A stretch of 63,988 bases of DNA, counting the filler, from Licmophora abbreviata (lineage: Eukaryota), in NCBI GenBank assembly GCA_900291995.1. It is 11 parts of 11 records of this genome, joined end to end, with 100 filler letters (N's around TTAATTAATTAA, not from the genome) between each part and the next. Parts side by side here need not be neighbours in the genome. Positions count along the whole stretch, not along the records: positions 8,393 to 24,307 come from OLMU01005361.1; positions 24,408 to 27,366 come from OLMU01005363.1; positions 27,467 to 28,750 come from OLMU01005364.1; positions 28,851 to 34,544 come from OLMU01005365.1; 7 more parts are not named here. The stretch is one strand, 5' to 3'. Positions 20,974 to 31,757 of this stretch are shown piece by piece (position 1 is the stretch's first letter; each line of letters opens with the position of its first letter). A program made the translations under genes and the position numbers. The notes beneath the pieces are model-generated. The model saw only the letters and a list, made by a program, of their open reading frames with translations, did no database searches and had not been told where the DNA came from.

Positions 20974-23265
20974 ATGAGCTACCATGGCGAGCGGTCACCG
21001 CCGCTCGTCGCAGGCAATCGAAAGAGACGACGTCGGGATCATAACTCTCCACCTTCATTTCATGTACTGACAGATGGCTCGGAACATACGGGATCGGGTA
21101 GTGTCTTTCTCACGGTACAAGAGACGGCCACGTCGTTGCGGAGGTACGCTGTGAGCGGACTTCCGGAGATATCCGCACGCCTTGCCGCCGATCAGTCTTT
21201 TCCACTGCATTCCACCAAAGTTCTGTGTTGTCCTACAAAAGAATCTGCAGCAGGACTGCCGTCGCTCTTGTTGACATTGTCACAGTCGGGGGCGGAGAGT
21301 TTGACGGTGATTGGAGGGACTGGAGTGAGCGAGTATGTCGAGCTAGTCACGGCAACCATACTGGGGCGACGCAACTATCCCCATGTGCAGATCTGCGAAG
21401 TTCCATACAGTCATACAAGCGGAGACTCCGATAAGCGTGAGAAGAACGAGTGGTATCGGGTGTACCAGGATACGTGCCTGCTAGTTCATGCCAAGTCACA
21501 GCCTTGTCCAAATGGAGTTTCCAACGATGATGTCGTCGATCCATCGTCGATTGTACTGCTCTACACCATACTACCGCCTGTCCACGACAAGGCGGAGGGC
21601 GAGCGTGGACAGTCATTTATGATACTTCCGCCCGGATACGACAGCAGCAACGTCTTTTCTATGTTGGAGCCATTGCCGGACATGGTGGTTGGCGATTCGG
21701 GGTGGCAACAAACGGCCACTCCGCTCGACTTTGTGCTGAAGTTGAATCCGCAGGAAGGAGCTGCCCTGAGTACTAACAGTGCCCGTTTACAAGTTTTTAC
21801 CCGATGCGTGTATGTTACAAGTCCTTGCAACGATATACGTGATGACGGACTGCTCATTCGAGCGTCGCAACAAGCACAGGTCTTACAGAGGCGTCTTCCA
21901 TTTTGTGTGTCGTTTCGGCGTACTGCAGAGAACCATGACGACTATAAAGCAATCTCTAGCTACACTCGACTAAGGACTTGCACGACCTGGAAGCTCGGCG
22001 AAGATGTGGTGGACGACACTAGCTATAAGGAGGACATACTGGGCCGTTGCCATGTCTCGTCTCAAGCTGATTGCAAAGCATTCGAGACCGACAATCTCAT
22101 AGTGCTGCGGGCAGCCCTGTGTGAACCAGCCCGGGTACACGATGAGAATGAGATTGAATTGGATGATGAAAGTGAAGAAAGGAATGTAACAGGAACAAAG
22201 CTCGACGATCCACCACGCGATAGTTCTGAAAACGCAATGCCATCTCCTACACTTCTCGTGCTTGGGACTGGTTGCGCTTCTCCGTCTCCTCAGCGCGGGT
22301 CTTCGGGCTACGCACTGTTGATGCCAACCCTCGATTCGCTCGGTTCCAAGACGTTTGCGATGGTAGGACTCCTGGAGTGTGGCGAAGGAACATTGACGAA
22401 TCTCTCCCGTCATCTGCTGCCGCTTGACTTGCGCCAGCAGCTATTGAAATTGCGTTTTGTTTGGATTTCGCACGGCCATCTTGATCACTACGGAGGTCTC
22501 CCTACGTTGGTCCGAGCTGTCGGCCGGGAGCGAAAACATGACTCGTCCCCGCTATTGATCATTGCGCCGTCCAAGGTGTTAGCGTTTCTCGAGGCATCGT
22601 TGAGTGGAGATGCGGAACGTTTGTTCGTTGGAGCGACGCATCAAGACATGCAAAGCCGGTTTGGAAATCGTATACTGGATATGAGGCTATCGCATCCTGA
22701 TCAACCGAGTAGTGAATATCGCCCAGTGACCTTTCTGAGGAGCATTCCAGTGGAACACTGTCCTCATTCACACGCCCTGCTCTTGGGTCTATACGACTGC
22801 CAGTTCGAGACAACCACTCTTCTCTGTTTCAGCGGCGACACGCGCCCATCAAGATTGCTGGTAAATGAGTTTTGTCGTGCTCGACAATATCTTGGTCCGG
22901 CGGTGTCAGTGCTCCTCCACGAGGCCACATTTGACGATGACGAGCGCGGTTGTCAAGAAGCGAAACAGAAACGGCATTCCACAGTATCGGAGGCTCTTTC
23001 GATTGCGCACCACATGCAAGTGGATGCATGTCTGCTGACTCACTTTTCCCAGCGCTATCCAAAGGTACCCCCCGGTCAAACCAGAAGTATGACCGGTACG
23101 CAGGCGACAGCGCGTTCAACCTCGACGGCCATCGGGTTTGCTGTGGATGGCATGCGACTGCCGTTGACACCGGCGGCACTGTCGAACTTGCCTGGACTGA
23201 GCCAGGAACTGATTCATGTGCTACAAGGACCATCCAGGGCGGCAGCGAAGCAAGATACAGCATGA
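20974..23265 (+). CDS. Ribonuclease Z, long form (ELAC2/Trz1-like)
   Basis: LGTGCASPSPQR, ECGEGT, SHGHLDH, FSGDTRP, HEATF, HST and LTHFSQRYPK motifs; N-terminal NLS RKRRRR. Confidence 0.88.
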   Translation: MSYHGERSPPLVAGNRKRRRRDHNSPPSFHVLTDGSEHTGSGSVFLTVQETATSLRRYAVSGLPEISARLAADQSFPLHSTKVLCCPTKESAAGLPSLLLTLSQSGAESLTVIGGTGVSEYVELVTATILGRRNYPHVQICEVPYSHTSGDSDKREKNEWYRVYQDTCLLVHAKSQPCPNGVSNDDVVDPSSIVLLYTILPPVHDKAEGERGQSFMILPPGYDSSNVFSMLEPLPDMVVGDSGWQQTATPLDFVLKLNPQEGAALSTNSARLQVFTRCVYVTSPCNDIRDDGLLIRASQQAQVLQRRLPFCVSFRRTAENHDDYKAISSYTRLRTCTTWKLGEDVVDDTSYKEDILGRCHVSSQADCKAFETDNLIVLRAALCEPARVHDENEIELDDESEERNVTGTKLDDPPRDSSENAMPSPTLLVLGTGCASPSPQRGSSGYALLMPTLDSLGSKTFAMVGLLECGEGTLTNLSRHLLPLDLRQQLLKLRFVWISHGHLDHYGGLPTLVRAVGRERKHDSSPLLIIAPSKVLAFLEASLSGDAERLFVGATHQDMQSRFGNRILDMRLSHPDQPSSEYRPVTFLRSIPVEHCPHSHALLLGLYDCQFETTTLLCFSGDTRPSRLLVNEFCRARQYLGPAVSVLLHEATFDDDERGCQEAKQKRHSTVSEALSIAHHMQVDACLLTHFSQRYPKVPPGQTRSMTGTQATARSTSTAIGFAVDGMRLPLTPAALSNLPGLSQELIHVLQGPSRAAAKQDTA

Positions 23266-23402
23266 TATCGAATGGCCATTCATTCTTTCTACATTGTACG
23301 GTACGATTGATTCTACGACTCTAAGAAACAGAAAGTGACCTCTGCAGTAAAATCTTGTCGATTTGTTTTAGACAAGCCATCTTTTTAAACTTCTCTGTCT
23401 TC

Positions 23403-24170
23403 TCAACGGAACCGCCGAAGCCTAGATTTGGAAGTCGATGTCGTCGTGGTCGCAGGCGTAGGTTCTTCCAGGTCCTCGTCCTCGTCGCCAGGATCACTGC
23501 GAGGAGTCCGGAACGCCTCTTCCCTAGCACTCTTCGTTTGAGCCTTGTGACTAGGATCTTGAGTCTTCCGACTCAGCAGCAAATGATCACTGAATGCTTG
23601 ATTGACAAAAGACTGAATCATACAAATTTCCAAACTCCCCACGCCCGTAATTTCAATGAGCGGCAGCGTCGCATTCTGCGTGAGCGTCGAGGCGCTGAGC
23701 TGATGCAGATTCTTTCGAATCTTATCGGCACGCACTGCTTCAATGTCGGTGAGGAGAATATGCACCGCTTCGGGGATCGCACTGGCGCGAGTCAAGACGG
23801 GCAGCAGCATGCGTGACAAGACCTGGTAGTGGAAGGGCAGGTCGTCACTGAAGTTTTCCTGTTCTTGTTCGAAACGCAGAATACGTTGGAGAAATTCAGT
23901 ATCGCACCACTTTGGGGCGACCAGACGAACCAAGGAGCGCTGGTGTAAGTACAGAGCGAGCCAGATGGGCACGGCACATTCGACACCGGCCGTAAAGGGA
24001 CCGATGCTGTTGCTGCACAGCAATGACAGCGGTTTCGAGTAAGTAAACAGAGGAACGACGTGAATCGCGTCATCTCCGGCCAGGAAGGCCGTAGAGGCAT
24101 GTCTCTGGAAGTCGGAGGTGTGTGAAGAAGCCGCAGTCGAGGCGGAAAAGGACGTGGACGTCGCCATCAT
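23403..24170 (-). CDS. PSF2: GINS complex subunit 2 (Psf2)
   Basis: FLAGDDAIHVVPLF...IGPFTAG...VPIWLALYL...PKW...LPFHY...DIEAVRADKIR...EI: the Psf2 pattern. Confidence 0.88.
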   Translation of the reverse strand: MMATSTSFSASTAASSHTSDFQRHASTAFLAGDDAIHVVPLFTYSKPLSLLCSNSIGPFTAGVECAVPIWLALYLHQRSLVRLVAPKWCDTEFLQRILRFEQEQENFSDDLPFHYQVLSRMLLPVLTRASAIPEAVHILLTDIEAVRADKIRKNLHQLSASTLTQNATLPLIEITGVGSLEICMIQSFVNQAFSDHLLLSRKTQDPSHKAQTKSAREEAFRTPRSDPGDEDEDLEEPTPATTTTSTSKSRLRRFR

Positions 24171-24226
24171 GGTCAAAGCTGCCTTTTGTTTTTTGTTGAA
24201 GTCTTGAGCAAACAGTTTCAATTTGA

Positions 24227-24236
24227 TTTTGGCGCG
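24227..24236. promoter_or_regulatory. E2F-type site TTTTGGCGCG upstream of PSF2
   Basis: Matches the TTTSSCGC consensus, ~60 bp upstream of the ATG of a DNA-replication gene. Confidence 0.5.
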
Positions 24237-24407
24237 AGTGAGCTGGGACTATCTTTAAATACTGAAAGAGCTCGTGGATGCGATATTGAGTCCGAGAAAG
24301 TAATCTCNNNNNNNNNNNNNNNNNNNNNNNNNNNNNNNNNNNNNNNNNNNNTTAATTAATTAANNNNNNNNNNNNNNNNNNNNNNNNNNNNNNNNNNNNN
24401 NNNNNNN

Positions 24408-24989
24408 GCCCAGAATAGGTTTATCGAGATACATGGTAGTCTGGTTCATCTTCTCGTAAGGGTGGATTTTGACTTCTCCGAACATCGAGAGATACTCACG
24501 AACAAAAGGCATTTCACTGCCCCTTGCGGTACTAATCATGTGAATCACAAGCTTCTTGTTAGCATGGCGCACCGCGTCCCACAGCGGCGCCACACCATTG
24601 AAAATGAAATGGCCGTACTGAGTAGTCTTCGTAGTGAAAAGGACGTGTGTCTTATTTGTATCGGGGCGGAGATTCTCACAGCATGAGGGAGATCCCCCAG
24701 GCTGAAGATATATTTTTCCGTCGTAGAAGAATGGTGAGGCGAGATTTATAGGCTCTGTGCTATCAACGACATGCCCATTGCAAATACATGTCGGTGGTCT
24801 CGAAGAATTCTGCTCCACTACTAGTTTTGGTTTCACCTGAGAGGCTATTCGACCTGCCGCTCTCCATGGCTCTGAGGAGTGTGGTGAGTCTGGAGCGAGG
24901 TGCTCAAGGGCATATTCAGATTTCAGGATCAGAAGGTACCATAGTTCCACCAAAAGCAATGAAACGAAAGCCGACCGAAGCTTGATCAT
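24408..24989 (-). CDS. GT61-like glycosyltransferase, 5' part (3' end lost in the gap); tandem paralog of 25686-26908
   Basis: N-terminal anchor; PTCICNG, YLQPG, QYGHF.FN..APLW and REYLSMFGE are shared with the adjacent copy. Confidence 0.7.
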
Positions 24990-25685
24990 GTTTCAGCACT
25001 AGTCGTCTTTATCTCGTTTGACGCTCTTCGCACAAGAGAAATTGCTCTGCCCCGATTGCACCAATAACACTTCTAAACCAAAGAAAATGCTTTCAGGGTT
25101 GCGTGATGAGTGATCACGTCTATGCGTGAATGCAACTATGAACTCTCACATCAAAAATGTCGTTGCGGCGCGCGCTTTTTCCGCCGGACATCACGAGCGA
25201 AACGCGGCGATCCGTGATGCGGATTCAGAACGAGAAGCTGTAGTCACGAACGTGACGTCATTTGATACACAATGAGTCACCGTGAAACTGTTTTCCATGA
25301 ATTTCACACGCTCACGTCCGGAAGGGCTTACCTTTACCTACCGGTAGGAGATGCTTAAACATATAGAAGTACGATAGGATACTGTACATCTGTATCCTTC
25401 GAGCGTTAAAGCTGGCGACCGACATGTAGGTCCTATTGATATAATACTGGTAGACCTATTGGGAGTTCTCGCTATTGTTGTCGATTCGTCGTCACGACAA
25501 AGCGAGTTTACAAAAATAGACATATCATTCCGCTCTCTCGTTCGACGGAATTCAGTACGATACATGAAGGTAGTAGAATAGTTTGATCCATCATCCCGCT
25601 GAAATCAAAATGTGTGCACCAAATTAGTACTTCCTTCTCCGCAGCAGGCGTTAGTCGCTCACTACAGCATCCCACCAAGACATCA

Positions 25686-26908
25686 TCATGCGAGCTGAGA
25701 AGACGTGGTTTCGAAACAACCGCGTACAGCTTGGAGCAACTTCGCGTGATCCACCCGTATGTCCTGGTCAATCAGAAAATACCGGTCGCAACATTTCGAG
25801 GGCAGCTGCTCGGCTCGACGATACAGCTCCGTCGACCCATTGACTGGTAGGGATCCGAACTTGACATACTTCATGTCAAGCTTCGAGAAAAGCTGCTCAA
25901 AGTTGATACCTTTGTCCGGAATCAGCTGCTGGACTCCATACGGCAAGATACTAATCACACAGCTATTCGTCGGCATGTAGATGCCGTTGAAAAGACCTGT
26001 TCCGTCCGCCCCGATTAGTACGTCCGTTTCACTCATCACTCTTGCCTGCTCCGCCACTGTGGCGCCTTCGAACTCAACCACTTGAAACACCGGCCGCTTA
26101 CCTATTAGCTCAGCGCCAAGGGAGGCTTGTAGTTTCGCCACCACAGCATCCAGCTCGAGAATCTTGCGATCGGAACTTCTTGGGCGACCCGAAGAACCTC
26201 TCTGGATGATGGTAAACCGCAACTCGTTTGCCGACTGCCGTGGTTCACTCAGGCGGTTTCCGGCAAGGAGGAACTTCCGAAACCCATGCCACTTCTTGGA
26301 TCCGATTTCGGGTTGAAATGGTCGAGTGTTGTATTGGACAGTCCAAGCACGGGCGAGTCGAGATACAACGTCGTCTTGTTCAAGCTCTCACAGGAGTATA
26401 CATGTGCTTCTCCAAACATGGAGAGATACTCACGCATATATGGTTGGTCGCCCATGAGCTTCAAAAACAGATGAACCACAAGAGGCTTCTGGTTTCGTCG
26501 GACTTTCTCCCAGAGAGGCGCTATGTCATTGAAGAGGAAGTGACCGTACTGTGACGTCCTTGCGGAGATGACGACGTGCGTCCTATCAGTATCCAGCTGC
26601 AGACCCGCGCAGCAGGACGGGTCAACTGACTCTCCTGGTTGTAGATACATTCCGTCACTAAACCATGGTGAAGATAGGCTGATCACTTTTGTTCCACCAG
26701 CAACACTCCCATTGCAGATACATGTCGGTAGCCCTGTGACATTCGCTTTCGCCATCATGATTGGTTGTGGCGTCGGCGCTCTTGAAGGTTCGACGAGCTT
26801 TTGAGATCGTACGACTTGATGCGAGTCGAAACTTGACAGCTCGAACAGGATGACATTGACCACACCGAGGGAAGCTAGGGCGACGAAAGTAAGCGGGTGA
26901 GTACCCAT
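25686..26908 (-). pseudogene. GT61-like (DUF563/EOGT-like) glycosyltransferase with a 1-nt frameshift near 26297
   Basis: ORF 26249..26908 joins ORF 25686..26222 if one base is added at GAT CCA AGA (giving DPKKWHGFRKFLLAGNRL...LRFTIIQR). The C-terminus has IIQR..RKI, EQARVMSETDVLIGADGTGLFNGIYMP and DIRVD, typical of GT61. Confidence 0.7.
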
Positions 26909-27523
26909 TGGGAGATTGAGTAGAACGATAGATCGTCGACAGAACTTCGTCGTTCTGATATATAGCGAGTGGCAACAGGCTGAGACCTGAAGGGAATGTT
27001 GTAGTTGCCAGACACGATAGCTTGCGAAAACATTAACTCCTTCTACAACGATCCGCGAAGGTTATCGACTTCGTCTCCGAAAGTGACTGCATGTGTGTAC
27101 GAATACTGATGCATTGCGTCGCGACGTACGCCAAGACAAAATCTCCTTGCGTGATTGTAGAGTATCACGCGAGCCACATCGTCACATCAGCTTTTCTCCT
27201 CGTCGTGTATCATACAGATGGTCTCCTTCGTGTTGCATACCACTCTCCTACAATAGCAGAATGAGTATCGTGACTGAATGGGTGACGACTCACTCGACTC
27301 CTTCGACTTTGGAAAAGTTCGAGCTCCGTTCATTCATCGAGTTCCAAATTCCAAACCGTCTCCAAANNNNNNNNNNNNNNNNNNNNNNNNNNNNNNNNNN
27401 NNNNNNNNNNTTAATTAATTAANNNNNNNNNNNNNNNNNNNNNNNNNNNNNNNNNNNNNNNNNNNNCCCGATAAAAACGATGTAGAACAAGCCTCGATTC
27501 ATCGATTCAGTGGTCTTCAGCTA

Positions 27524-28741
27524 ATGAGACGCCGTCGCGTCGGTGATACTGCAGAGGAGGAGTGTGTGGCACTGCGCGAAGCCTTACTGAGATCTATTCG
27601 ACAGTTCAGCAGTGCTGAGGGCGACGATGAGTCACTACTGGAAGAGTGTATACTAGCGCTGCAGTGCTGCTGTCCTCAAGCCCATCGTCGTGTGATGCTG
27701 ACGACGCGCAACCGTGGCAGCGATCTGTCGCCGTCGCTCCGCGAACGACTTGCTCGACGAGGCATTTCCTGTCGACCCGGTGAACACCATCACACGTTAC
27801 AATTTCCATCTTACGATGACTATGCCCTGCTTCAGTACTACCTTGACGGCACCTGTACTACTTCACCGCTGCTACTCACACGAGAACGACTCTCCAATGC
27901 TCCCGCTTCGCTGCGATCCCTTACATCACACCGACATCACGACGGAGTCGACAATACTGGAAACACCTGCGTTTGGGACAGTGAAATGACATTAAGCTAC
28001 TGTTTGGTAGAGGCGTGTCGAGACGGTACGAGTCAACTGTGTAAGGTGTTGGGTGTTGCGTCGTTGTGGGAGATGCGATGTACTACTACGCTTACGCGTA
28101 TGCCACTTCGAGTATTGGAGTTGGGAGCTGGCATGGCGGGACTGGCCGGATTGTCACTGGCACAAATAGCTTCGTGTCAATATGAGCAGTCTCTCGAACT
28201 TCTCATCACAGACGGGCATATCGACGCTGTTCATCACAATCGAGTATCAAGTCGGATCAATCGAGTACGGAACGGCGATGGAACGAATAAGAATGTCAAG
28301 GTCTCGTGTGAAAAACTCCTGTGGACCGATGATGTGAGCAAACTGTCGCCGCAGCAGTTTGATATCTGCTTAGCTTCCGACTGCACACACTTTCAAGAGT
28401 ACCATGCATGTTTGGCGTTAACATGTGCACGAATGCTACGAGTCGGTGGTGTGGTTGTTTTGTGTCAACCAGCACGAGGGCGATCGTTGCAAAATTTCAT
28501 GTCGCTGATCCAATGTAGCCTGTCGACCGTGTTGGAAATTGTAAAGTGGTGGCAAGATCCAGACAAGGATGTGTACGACGAGAAAGTGTACGGGCGCCAC
28601 CGGGAAGCAGTACAAGATGAGCGCCACGCGTACGATCCAAAGATTCACTATCCGCAACTCATCGTGCTGCGCAAACTCAGAGAGTTGACCGAGGATGATC
28701 GACGACGCTCCCTACAGCAGATGCAGGAGCGGAGCTTGTAG
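27524..28741 (+). CDS. Calmodulin-lysine N-methyltransferase-like (Methyltransf_16 family)
   Basis: GVDNTGNTCVWDSE, VLELGAGMAGLAGL, ITDG and FDICLASDC motifs. Confidence 0.85.
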   Translation: MRRRRVGDTAEEECVALREALLRSIRQFSSAEGDDESLLEECILALQCCCPQAHRRVMLTTRNRGSDLSPSLRERLARRGISCRPGEHHHTLQFPSYDDYALLQYYLDGTCTTSPLLLTRERLSNAPASLRSLTSHRHHDGVDNTGNTCVWDSEMTLSYCLVEACRDGTSQLCKVLGVASLWEMRCTTTLTRMPLRVLELGAGMAGLAGLSLAQIASCQYEQSLELLITDGHIDAVHHNRVSSRINRVRNGDGTNKNVKVSCEKLLWTDDVSKLSPQQFDICLASDCTHFQEYHACLALTCARMLRVGGVVVLCQPARGRSLQNFMSLIQCSLSTVLEIVKWWQDPDKDVYDEKVYGRHREAVQDERHAYDPKIHYPQLIVLRKLRELTEDDRRRSLQQMQERSL

Positions 28742-29167
28742 TTAGAGAAGNNNNNNNNNNNNNNNNNNNNNNNNNNNNNNNNNNNNNNNNNNNNTTAATT
28801 AATTAANNNNNNNNNNNNNNNNNNNNNNNNNNNNNNNNNNNNNNNNNNNNGAGCATGAAGTATTTAGAGACAGCCACGTGACAATTTGTTTCCTAATGAC
28901 TGCATATCATTTTGTATCACCTCGGAGCTGCGACTCTCCGTTCTCACACGTTTTGATACACCACATCGTTCGCTTCGCGTGAATGCCTTGTGGATGTTCT
29001 GTTGAGTTTCTCCTGTTGTTGACCACCAAGGACACCGGCGACCCTTCGTATGCTTCCTTGAGTGTCTGAGACAGGTCGGGAGGCGTCTTGAAATCGATCC
29101 GTCGGTCCAGAATTGCATTTTTTCTTGCTCGCTACATTCTACACGACTCTTTACGGCGTGACCAAAA

Positions 29168-30202
29168 ATGGGGGAGACCACGTATACGCTCTCGGCGGAA
29201 CCGTCGGCGTCGAAAAAGCACAAGAGAAGGTCGTCTTCCAAGAAACGCCATCGAAGAGGAAAAGGACAGGCGGGCAGTGGCTCTTCCAGTGAACAAGAAG
29301 ATGCGACTGCCGACGGCGCCAATTCGCTGACGTACTCTGCCACCTCGAGCATTGCGAGTTCGGCGGCGGGGGAATCGACGGATTCGTCCTTTGCCGACAT
29401 TATGCGAGTACTGGACTTGCAGGATGACAATGAACTGGCGGCGTACATGAGAAAGGAAGGCGTCGTGGACCCAGTGCGGTATGCGCAACTGCAGAAACGA
29501 CACTTGCAGGTTTCGAATGCCTCTGTAGCGGGGGAGTCGTTGGTGTACTCGACGGACGGAGATTCGGCGCTGGGGGGAGAGCATCTGCTTCAGACCATTA
29601 CAGGGTGAGTAGAAGGTAGTAGGGTGTATACATGTAGAGTGGGTGCTGGCTGAGCGAGTAAAGGAAAAGGATTCGGGTGCTGTTCCCCCAGTACCGGATT
29701 TGGACGAGGGTTGCCGTGTTTTCTTTTGGAATGTGACGCGCACTCACACGCCGGTCATTTATCACTTTTTTTTTCTCCCCGCAGTCAACCCAGTGACAGT
29801 TTTGGGCCAGATGGAGGGGGTCTACGTTCCACCGTGGTACAGAATCGCGCCGACAATGAAGACGATATTCTCTTTGCCCCAGCGGAACCCACCGAGTTGC
29901 GCGGCAAGACTTCCAAACGCCATCGTCATCGATCGGGGAGCCACACTAGTAGCAGTGGGACACCCAAGAGCAAGAACCAACGCCGCAGTAGTGGGCGTCG
30001 TACTATCAGGGACAAGACTACGTCCTCCTCTCGAAGCAACAACTTGCATCGATCGGACTCGTCCAATTCGATCGCAACGCCGCCTCCTGTGCCACCACCA
30101 CGACATTCCTCACTCCTACTGGAAGATGAGGATGTGTGGTATGCCAAGTGGTGGATGTGCGGCTTTACCGATGCCTTTCATGATTTAGTTCCCAAGCGTT
30201 GA
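29168..30202 (+). CDS. Hypothetical low-complexity protein with Trp-rich C-terminal motif (exons 29168-29604, 29785-30202)
   Basis: A GTGAGT..GCAG intron joins two ORFs in frame. Basic NLS-like tracts; ends DEDVWYAKWWMCGFTDAFHDLVPKR. Confidence 0.7.
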
Positions 30203-30525
30203 TGAAAGATTGTAATGATTGTATATGCGTGTGAGTACGTACGGGCATTCACGGCCCTGTGTACGTGTGGCGTTATTATAGTGAATCTATGATTTTGGAA
30301 GCACTGCAGCAAAAGACGGTGGCAACGACAACGAATGCGTTTACTATAAGTATTAGGCCGACTTTGCTGTGTAAATGGTGCAAAAGTGAACTCCTTTCGT
30401 CCCCCAAACCGTATGATACATAAAGCGATTGCGTCTTTCTCGTCAGTCGCATGTGCTCAGCCTGGTAGCGAGTAGAAAGCAGGAAAAATGGGTTTTGCTA
30501 ACAGAGAATCAATCGCCCTCTACTT

Positions 30526-31420
30526 CTACCGATCCATACTGGCATCTCGTGTCAAGACCTCCGGCGAAAACTTGACCAAAAAGACCGTCTTGTCCTTGCG
30601 GGGCGGCAGGGTACTGGAGGCCGTATTCGTCGTCGCACTCGTTGTCGTACTCGTGGCAGTAGGCGCCGACTCTCCCTCTTCCAGTGGCACACTGTGTGCC
30701 GTGACTCGTGCCGTAAATCCCGCACCGTCCAATACGCCCGCCACAATTCCACTCATGTAGGCATCGACGCTGAGCTGTCCCAAGTCGCTCGGGACGCTGA
30801 TGAAGGTGGATGTGAGGGGTTCGTAATCGACAATCATGAACTCGTCGGCGTGGTCGATGCTGCGTTCGAGAGAGTCGGCGGGTTTTCCAAAAAGAGACTT
30901 CCAAACGGAACTGCTGACAAACTGCAATATGTTCATCAAGCGGGTTTCTCGTTTTGTCTGGATTTGAAGAGAGGAAGGGAGAGAGGTAGTTGTGGTAAGT
31001 GTCTCCTAGCACAGTACACAGTCTCACTGAAAGTGCATTCGTTCTTTCTCAATACTACTCACTTCTTTACTTCGATACGCCAGAAGCTCCAATACCTTGA
31101 GACCCACTCCGTATCCACTGCTCTCCAAGCGACGTTCCAATTCACTAATGCTTTGTACGCGCGACTGGTGGTACTGCACCAGCTCGGAATACAAGTACGC
31201 AAAGCTAGACAAGGACACGACCTGTTCGGCAGTTCTATAGAGCGAAAGAGAGAACATACGATGAGTGAAACAGTTAAGCAAGAGGCAATCAAGCATAACA
31301 AGACCACACACACGCGTCTAGATTGCAAAATCAAAAATCACAGGGTCCTCCATCCATATCATACCTGGATCCACGCCCTCCCAAAGGACGATCTAAAATA
31401 TTCACAGGTGTTCGACTCAT
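30526..31420 (-). CDS. TRAPPC5: TRAPP complex subunit 5 / Trs31 (exons 31420-31365, 31234-31063, 30957-30526)
   Basis: Spliced product MSRTPVNILDRPL...VSLSSFAYLYSELVQY...LERRLESSGYGVGLKVLEL...KRETRL...VWKSLFGKPADSLE...GIVAGVLDGAGFTARVTAH. Confidence 0.93.
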
Positions 31421-31757
31421 GCTTTCGTTAACCGCAGAAATGGAGGTCTAGGAGAGTATGCTATCTAGTGGAGAGGAGACAAAGGGTCGCGGGGTGCAAA
31501 CTATGTGCACAGGAGCTATCTCTCAACACGGGGTGCGGTCGTCTGTCGTGTTGTCGAGTTTCTGTCATTGTGTCGTTGTTTTCGTTTCAGGAACTCGCGA
31601 GCTCGACACCCCGATCCCTACCTTGAGTCGAATGAGTCACACCTTTCTGACTCAGTTCCCCCAAAACCAACGAGGACAGTGACGAAAACGACAGAGCATG
31701 AGGAAACACAAAAAGGACACAAGACACCTTTGTCTTTGTTGCAATCATCATCACACC

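Noticed and set aside
25189..25219. Hairpin CATCACG...CGTGATG containing GCGAAACGC, as a possible ribozyme or ncRNA
   Set aside because: No hammerhead CUGANGA core and no tRNA or riboswitch features; such short stems arise by chance.
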